This document shows, one piece after another, positions 15,367 through 20,000 of a stretch of DNA of 20,000 nucleotides. Position 1 is the first letter of the stretch. Each line of letters begins with the position of its first letter. A program made the translations under genes and the position numbers. The notes under the pieces are model-generated. The model searched no databases, was not told the DNA's origin, and worked only from the letters and a program-made list of their open reading frames with translations. The stretch lies in the IMG/VR virus record IMGVR_UViG_3300006055_000001. The stretch is one strand, 5' to 3'. This DNA comes from an uncultured virus (IMG/VR IMGVR_UViG_3300006055_000001). Taxonomy: Duplodnaviria > Heunggongvirae > Uroviricota > Caudoviricetes.

Positions 15367-15546
15367 TCACCGCTCCGCGTAGGCTTCCCGGCCGATGGCG
15401 GCTTCGCTGGCCAGCGCGTGAATCGCAACGAGCGTCGGCCCCATTTGGCCGCGATTTTCTAGCGCATCGTTTGCTATCTCCGCGATGGCTCGCAACTCGC
15501 GCCGATACCAAGCCACTGATTTTTTCTTGCGCGCCTTTAGTTTCAC
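15367..15546 (-). CDS. 59-aa hypothetical protein; not in ORF track
   Basis: GTG start overlaps the upstream TGA. MKLKARKKKSVAWYRRELRAIAEIANDALENRGQMGPTLVAIHALASEAAIGREAYAER. Confidence 0.6.
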   Translation of the reverse strand: MKLKARKKKSVAWYRRELRAIAEIANDALENRGQMGPTLVAIHALASEAAIGREAYAER

Positions 15547-15884
15547 GCCTTTCCCCCCTGCTGCTTCCCGATTCGCTCCGTCATTTCCTGCAGTGTCGCC
15601 TGCGCGAACGCTTTCTCGGCATCAGTCGGCTTGGGCTCTACCAGCGCGAGCCGGCGAGCTCGGCGCCGGCCGTCCAGGTACGCGGCCTGGTGGTAGATTT
15701 CACCGGGGGTAGGCGCATCGGCGCGGCCGCTGTCGCGGAAGTCCCGCACGGTCTCGAGCGCGCCCCTGAAGCTCACCCGCGCGAGGCATTCAGCCCACTC
15801 AGCCTGCACCGCGTCGTCCGTCGGCTGGCGGGTCCAAATGGCCGATGCTTTGAGCAGGAGCAGTTTCGCTTCCGACGGTTCCAT
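15543..15884 (-). CDS. Replicative helicase loader/inhibitor-like protein (G39P-like)
   Basis: AAGGAGG RBS, ATG 15884. MEPSEAKLLL...W..CL..VSF..A...V.......PTPGEI. Follows the initiator gene. Confidence 0.7.
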   Translation of the reverse strand: MEPSEAKLLLLKASAIWTRQPTDDAVQAEWAECLARVSFRGALETVRDFRDSGRADAPTPGEIYHQAAYLDGRRRARRLALVEPKPTDAEKAFAQATLQEMTERIGKQQGGKA

Positions 15885-16632
15885 TTCCGGCCTCCTTGGC
15901 CTTATCGCGTTGAATTTGTTCGAACAATTGCTGACGGCCCGGACTGAGCCGCGGACCCGCAGGCGACGCCCGCCCATTCGCCGCCATCAACTCGTCCTCC
16001 CATCTGCGCTGGTTCAGGTACGTCGTCGCGTGCGGAATTTTGTCATTCTCACGGCCGGCCCAATTCGCGGAGACCCGAAGGGGAACATCGGCGATTGCGC
16101 GGGCTTGGTCATCGGCTGAGAGCTTTTTGAAAGCAGCAACAGCCGTCTGCTTACCGTCCTTGCGCGGGTAAACCAGCCAGAATTTTAGGAATGATGCTGG
16201 ATAGACCTCTCTGGATTCTGGATCTAGGGAATGGATCTCTGGATTACTGGATTGCTTGATCTCTTGAGGTAGGATCGAGTTGATCACACCCGCATGATTA
16301 TGATCGTGCTCGCACGGAGGAATGACGCTTTGAGGCTCGTGGACATTCGGGCGCTGATGCTTGGAGAAATTCAGGACGGCGATAAAGCGGCAGCCGTCAA
16401 CCTCATACCGCGCCAAATACCCGGCGCCGGCGAGATCGTTCAACGCACAGTCAAGGTCGAGATTGGGATCGTATGGGAAGAGAACGGCATGCATCCGCTT
16501 CACCCGGTCCTGGCAGCGGCCCTCTCGATCCACGTAGTTGAGCAAAGCGATCGCGACGAGGCGGGCGTCTCGCGACACGTCGGCTAGTTGTTCAGACTGC
16601 CAGAACTCGGGCTTTACAGTTCGAATCCGCAC
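15799..16632 (-). CDS. Phage replication initiator / replisome organiser
   Basis: N-terminal MRIRTVKPEFW...D.EGR...NFSKHQ. C-terminal FLKFWLVYPRKDGKQTA..AF...IPHATTYLNQRRWED. GGAGGAGG RBS. Confidence 0.85.
   Translation of the reverse strand: MRIRTVKPEFWQSEQLADVSRDARLVAIALLNYVDREGRCQDRVKRMHAVLFPYDPNLDLDCALNDLAGAGYLARYEVDGCRFIAVLNFSKHQRPNVHEPQSVIPPCEHDHNHAGVINSILPQEIKQSSNPEIHSLDPESREVYPASFLKFWLVYPRKDGKQTAVAAFKKLSADDQARAIADVPLRVSANWAGRENDKIPHATTYLNQRRWEDELMAANGRASPAGPRLSPGRQQLFEQIQRDKAKEAGNGTVGSETAPAQSIGHLDPPADGRRGAG
16197..16305. repeat. Iteron-like (C/T)TGGAT/GATC repeat tract, candidate replication origin
   Basis: CTGGAT-like units at about 16197, 16211, 16218, 16231, 16239 and 16247. Six GATC sites between 16221 and 16305, in the initiator linker. 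Confidence 0.55.
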
Positions 16633-16662
16633 ACGCCCCTCCTCCGCTCTCCGCCCGTCGCT

Positions 16663-17091
16663 CTACGCGGCAGCAATCCTCACGACTTCCTCTGCCGTTA
16701 GGTGTCCCTCTGCCTTCCCCATCGCTTGCGCGACGCACCAAGCGATCTCTCCTTCTAATGTTCTAAAATTCTCGGTCGCCTGCTCCTTCGCCCACTTCGC
16801 GACTTCGCCGCTCAGCGTAACGGAGACGGTGATCGAGCGGCCGCGCCGGCGCATGGCCTTGTCAGCCTTTGCGGGGCGCCCGCGTTTCGGCTTGCCGAGT
16901 TCGGGCACGGAGGCGTCGGGGGTTCTGTCAAATTCGCCAATCAGTTGGCCTGTCATGGGGTTTCTCCTTCGGTTGCGGAGTTCACGGATAATTAGTGGCA
17001 ATTCGGTGAGCGCCTCGCGGGCGACAACGCCGCGGTCGACGACGGAATCGTTCAGAAGGGACTCGAGGCGGTCGATGTTCGCGGGCTTCAT
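16663..17091 (-). CDS. Putative DNA-binding protein (AT-hook-like motif plus Arc/ribbon-helix-helix-like C-terminus)
   Basis: KPKRGRPAK and SITVSVTLSGEVAKWAKEQATENFRTLEGEIAWCV. Confidence 0.6.
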   Translation of the reverse strand: MKPANIDRLESLLNDSVVDRGVVAREALTELPLIIRELRNRRRNPMTGQLIGEFDRTPDASVPELGKPKRGRPAKADKAMRRRGRSITVSVTLSGEVAKWAKEQATENFRTLEGEIAWCVAQAMGKAEGHLTAEEVVRIAAA

Positions 17092-17828
17092 TCCGCCACC
17101 CCGAATTGCATCACGCTCTGCGCCAGCCTTTTAGCCGCGATCTCGCAGTAGCGTTCTTCGATCTCAATGCCGATGGCGCGACGGCCTAGATTTTTCGCGG
17201 CAACAAGTGTTGTGCCCGTTCCTGCGAACGGGTCAAGGACAGTACCCGAAAGAGGCAGCAGCAAATCCCGCATCAAGCTTAGGGGCTCTTGCGCCGGATG
17301 GCTGGCTCGCCCACCATTATCGACAAAGCGCTCGGTTGCCATGCAGCCAGCCTGAAGACTCTGTTTCGCAAACAGGCTGGACTGCCAACGCTGAGCTGCG
17401 GGATCCACGGTGCTCACCTTCCCGCCCCAAACGATAAATGAAACATCGCGGCGAGCGACCGGGCCTGGGATGGGCATTGGACGCGTATTGTGCCAAACGA
17501 AGACCGCGCGCAAAGTGCCCATCGCCTCAAGCACTTCTTTAAGTTCGATATACCCGCACATTACGAGCACGTCAGCGCGCGCAACGGCGTAAGCCAAGCG
17601 TATCGCCTCAGCGTCGAAGTGCCCGATATCCCCATATTTAACGCCCGAACTCAGTACCAATGCGGGAGCAACACCTAGGCCGTCGCCCGGCCGTCTATGT
17701 ACAAACGGATGCGCAGTTGCGCGCCACGGTGGATCGGTAACAACTACGTCAGCCACTAAAGTCGGCAGAATCTCGCGGCAGTCGCCGCGGTAAATCGTGA
17801 TTCCGCCTTCGTCGTAGTACGGCTTCAC
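17088..17828 (-). CDS. Orphan N6-adenine/N4-cytosine DNA methyltransferase (beta-class motif order)
   Basis: IYRGDCREIL, VTDPPW (motif IV), HPAQEP, VLDPFAGTGTT (motif I) and GIEIEERYCEIAAKRL. Confidence 0.92.
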   Translation of the reverse strand: MKPYYDEGGITIYRGDCREILPTLVADVVVTDPPWRATAHPFVHRRPGDGLGVAPALVLSSGVKYGDIGHFDAEAIRLAYAVARADVLVMCGYIELKEVLEAMGTLRAVFVWHNTRPMPIPGPVARRDVSFIVWGGKVSTVDPAAQRWQSSLFAKQSLQAGCMATERFVDNGGRASHPAQEPLSLMRDLLLPLSGTVLDPFAGTGTTLVAAKNLGRRAIGIEIEERYCEIAAKRLAQSVMQFGVAE

Positions 17829-18256
17829 GCTGCGCGCCTCACGACTTCGGGGCGGCAGGTCCGGCAGACGCGCCAGCCAGATTGAATGCGGGTGTTTTTA
17901 GGAGTTAGGAAGTGTCCGCGCCAACACACGAGTGCCATCCGATTGCGCTCGCGCGCGCGCAGCATGTTCTCTGATCGCGTGACCAGCTCGAGATGATCGG
18001 GGCAAATGCAGGGGCGACAGGAGCAGATGTGGTCAGGCTCAAATCCTTCAGGTATCGGGCCTCTCCACAGTTCATAGGCTACGCGGATCGCAGTCGTCGA
18101 AGTTCTGGACTCCTCGCCGTGCGCCCCAAAGTGAAGTACTCCATAACCATCCCCAGAGAGCGTTCCCTGATAAATCCAGCACCCGGTCGGCTCAACGACA
18201 AAGCGCGAGCAGAAGCCCTCGAGCATCCGGCTCGAAAGTCGGGCAGATAGGTTCAT
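17825..18256 (-). CDS. HNH endonuclease (HNH_3-type) with C-terminal Zn-binding extension
   Basis: GCWIYQG...GYG...RVAYEL.RGPIPEG...DHICSCRPCICPDHLELVTRSEN and CWRGH...CRTC. Confidence 0.88.
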   Translation of the reverse strand: MNLSARLSSRMLEGFCSRFVVEPTGCWIYQGTLSGDGYGVLHFGAHGEESRTSTTAIRVAYELWRGPIPEGFEPDHICSCRPCICPDHLELVTRSENMLRARERNRMALVCWRGHFLTPKNTRIQSGWRVCRTCRPEVVRRAA

Positions 18257-18888
18257 GCCGCACTCTCCGTGGGGGAGAATGTAGCAAGCGGGCTGCCGTC
18301 AGAGAGATTGTTTGTGCTGGCTTGGGGTTGTTGAAATTGAGATCTATTCGGGGCTTGCGGTATTACGTAAACTAGAGTACATAGTTCTCCGTTGACCGTT
18401 GAACGAGTTTCGTCTTTGCTTCGCTTCTGTGGTGCGGTGGGGTTGTTGCCTAACAGACTGTTGCGATTTGCTAGCTGCGGGTTATCGGGAGATAACGCGC
18501 ATGAATGGATAGGCACGCCAGACATCGCGAATGGCAGGCTTGGAAGGCCCTGCATTGGCCGGTCTTTGCGGCTCTGGAAGCCGGAGACTTCGAACCTTAT
18601 CAGCGATCGATGTTTGCTCGAATCGAGCAGGCCAACGAATCCCGCAAAGCTGCCTGCTTCTGCGTTTATTGCCACGCCCTTATGGCGGTCTCGGATTACG
18701 GCGTTCATTTCTGCCCGTACAAGCGCGAGCGGAATCACGACCGAGCTAGGGCAATACTCGCCCTGCCCCGCTTGGTTGTGGTCAATGTGCCGCGGGGCCG
18801 ACGGAAGCAGCCCGCGCGCCCTGCCCTTCCCGCCAGCCCCGCAGTCGCCGCCGCAATTCCCCACCGCATCCATCCCCGCGTCACTCAT
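18253..18888 (-). CDS. Uncertain 211-aa ORF
   Basis: Coupled to both neighbours (ATGAGTGA and ATGA overlaps), but the composition is atypical and no domain is recognisable. Confidence 0.4.
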   Translation of the reverse strand: MSDAGMDAVGNCGGDCGAGGKGRARGLLPSAPRHIDHNQAGQGEYCPSSVVIPLALVRAEMNAVIRDRHKGVAINAEAGSFAGFVGLLDSSKHRSLIRFEVSGFQSRKDRPMQGLPSLPFAMSGVPIHSCALSPDNPQLANRNSLLGNNPTAPQKRSKDETRSTVNGELCTLVYVIPQAPNRSQFQQPQASTNNLSDGSPLATFSPTESAA

Positions 18889-18897
18889 CGGCTATGA
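18505..18897 (+). CDS. Uncertain antisense ORF with CxxC...HxC motif
   Basis: GGAG upstream at about 18488. CFCVYCH...HFCPY. Mostly nested antisense to 18253-18888. Confidence 0.4.
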   Translation: MDRHARHREWQAWKALHWPVFAALEAGDFEPYQRSMFARIEQANESRKAACFCVYCHALMAVSDYGVHFCPYKRERNHDRARAILALPRLVVVNVPRGRRKQPARPALPASPAVAAAIPHRIHPRVTHRL

Positions 18898-19093
18898 ATT
18901 GATCGAGCGGCTGTTTGGCCGCTCTTGCGAATTTGACCGCATCGAACGCGCGGACGTGATTCAGCGCGCCGTGTCCCATCCAATTATAAATCGTTTTCGG
19001 TTCGAGCTTGATGAGATCGGCGACTCGATACGCGCCGCCCAGCCGTTCGACCGCTGCGGTGAGATTTCGTCGCGCTCTGATTCGTGCTGCCAT
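18881..19093 (-). CDS. Cro-like helix-turn-helix regulator
   Basis: LTAAVERLGGAYRVADLIKLEPKTIYNWMGHG. First gene of the replication operon, likely start ATG 19093. Confidence 0.75.
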   Translation of the reverse strand: MAARIRARRNLTAAVERLGGAYRVADLIKLEPKTIYNWMGHGALNHVRAFDAVKFARAAKQPLDQFIADE

Positions 19094-19127
19094 GCTGCTT
19101 TTTATATCGGAATCGGTCACGAACGCA

Positions 19128-19157
19128 ACCATACGCCTGAACATGGCAATGTGTCAA
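19128..19157 (-). promoter_or_regulatory. Leftward sigma70-type promoter for the Cro-like/replication operon
   Basis: TTGACA (TGTCAA 19152-19157), 18 bp, TATGGT (19133-19128). Confidence 0.6.
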
Positions 19158-19218
19158 GCGGTGCCTAAATTCACACTCGGCTTGACCTCAGACGGGAATA
19201 AGCGCAACGTCGCGCGCA

Positions 19219-19434
19219 ATGGAGAAAAAACCCCCGATGCTTCGCCTTTTCGATGACACGGAACTCCGGCTCGATTGCGAGCGGACGCGGCGAGAATGCC
19301 TGAGCATCGAGCAACGCGCGCGGTTGGACCTGATCCACCTCCACCGGGCAGAGGCGCGCAATCGGGAATTGCAGCCGGATGACGAGTTCGATCAGCGCAT
19401 CCGGCCGCGCGGATATATATGGCCGCTGTCATAA
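19219..19434 (+). CDS. Hypothetical protein
   Basis: 71 aa, first rightward ORF after the divergent intergenic region. Confidence 0.55.
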   Translation: MEKKPPMLRLFDDTELRLDCERTRRECLSIEQRARLDLIHLHRAEARNRELQPDDEFDQRIRPRGYIWPLS

Positions 19435-19616
19435 GCATCCGGGCACAAGCGGGCGTAGAGGGTTCCCCGTGTACGGTCTGCCGTAATCCAATTCCCAAGG
19501 GCGACGGTTGGAGCCTTCGCCATCCCGAGAACGATCCATTCGCCGTTCTGACTTGTTGCGGCAACTGCATAAACCTGATCGTTGACGCGGCCTTCCGACA
19601 GGAGCCGCTGCGATGA
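19419..19616 (+). CDS. Small Zn-binding protein
   Basis: CTVCRNPIPKGD...CCGNC. ATGA-coupled to the next gene. Confidence 0.65.
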   Translation: MAAVISIRAQAGVEGSPCTVCRNPIPKGDGWSLRHPENDPFAVLTCCGNCINLIVDAAFRQEPLR

Positions 19617-19807
19617 GGTTCTCAAGATTAACGTTGATCGCCATCGCGGCGTTTCTGTTTGCTGCCTGCGACTCGGTTGAAATGCGGTGTGTGATGTTCG
19701 ATGACCAAACTTGGGTGACGGCGGCGGATCAACCCGGGACCCTGTTCGGTCTGCTTACTTGGTACCGTTGTCCGAACTGTGTGTGCAAACCCAAGGTCGG
19801 GAAATGA
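19613..19807 (+). CDS. Small putative lipoprotein
   Basis: AGGAG RBS. MRFSRLTLIAIAAFLFAAC lipobox. Confidence 0.6.
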   Translation: MRFSRLTLIAIAAFLFAACDSVEMRCVMFDDQTWVTAADQPGTLFGLLTWYRCPNCVCKPKVGK

Positions 19808-20000
19808 GGTTCTCCAATCTCGACACGATCGCTGCGCTGAAGGAACGGCGCTCCAGCCGCGGCAGGCGTCGCTTCCTAGATCCCAATCGCGTGCCGCTTG
19901 AGCATGAAGAACAAGAAAATCTGATCACTTGGGCCCATTCCATGCGCCAGCAGATCCCGGACCTGAAGCTTTTATTTGCCATTCCAAACGCCGGCGCCGC
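19804..20000 (+). CDS. VRR-NUC domain nuclease, 3'-truncated
   Basis: ATG 19804. LEHEEQENLITWA......DLKLLFAIPNAG matches the N-terminal signature of phage VRR-NUC proteins. Confidence 0.75.
   Translation, partial: MRFSNLDTIAALKERRSSRGRRRFLDPNRVPLEHEEQENLITWAHSMRQQIPDLKLLFAIPNAGA

Noticed and set aside
19613..19814. Two adjacent genes both starting ATGAGGTTCTC (MRFS)
   Set aside because: Only 11 bp, partly constrained by the ATGA overlap, with no downstream similarity. Too weak to interpret.
124..19982. Numerous antisense or alternate-frame ORFs in the track (e.g. 124-582, 4271-4759, 6785-7363, 15294-15947, 16538-17134, 18392-19168)
   Set aside because: They are shadows of well-supported genes in GC-rich DNA, with no RBS, coupling or motif support.
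1..20000. Stop-codon reassignment, tRNA genes or an integrase/att site
   Set aside because: Recognisable genes are intact in the standard code and TAG, TGA and TAA all act as stops. No cloverleaf or recombinase motifs were seen by eye.

Overview
A 20 kb segment of a GC-rich tailed dsDNA phage or prophage. Genes are densely packed and mostly coupled by ATGA/TGATG overlaps. Positions 1-9759 (+ strand) are the end of a late region: three signal-peptide-bearing, adhesin or tail-spike-like proteins (one beta-helix, one LamG-like), a lysis cassette (GH24 lysozyme plus membrane proteins and lipoproteins), a calcineurin-like metallophosphoesterase and a GIY-YIG endonuclease. Positions 9795-15117 (- strand) are an early operon of small, often Cys-rich genes plus a Bet/RecT annealing protein. 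A back-to-back sigma70 promoter pair at about 15140-15205 drives this operon and a lone Zn-ribbon gene. Positions 15367-19093 (- strand) are a replication operon: helicase-loader-like gene, initiator with iteron-like repeats, RHH-like protein, DNA methyltransferase, HNH nuclease and Cro-like HTH. The window ends in small + strand genes and a partial VRR-NUC. No integrase, CI repressor, tRNA, CRISPR array or reverse transcriptase is visible. Four observations stand out: (1) three tandem hairpins at 13867-13978 carrying anti-Shine-Dalgarno CCUCC motifs, like cuckoo/CcsR sRNAs; (2) three small genes built from near-identical short blocks around unrelated variable segments; (3) a twice-repeated three-gene cassette after the lysis genes; (4) apparently exported, Cys-rich receptor-binding-like proteins. 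All family calls are by eye from motifs; no searches were run.
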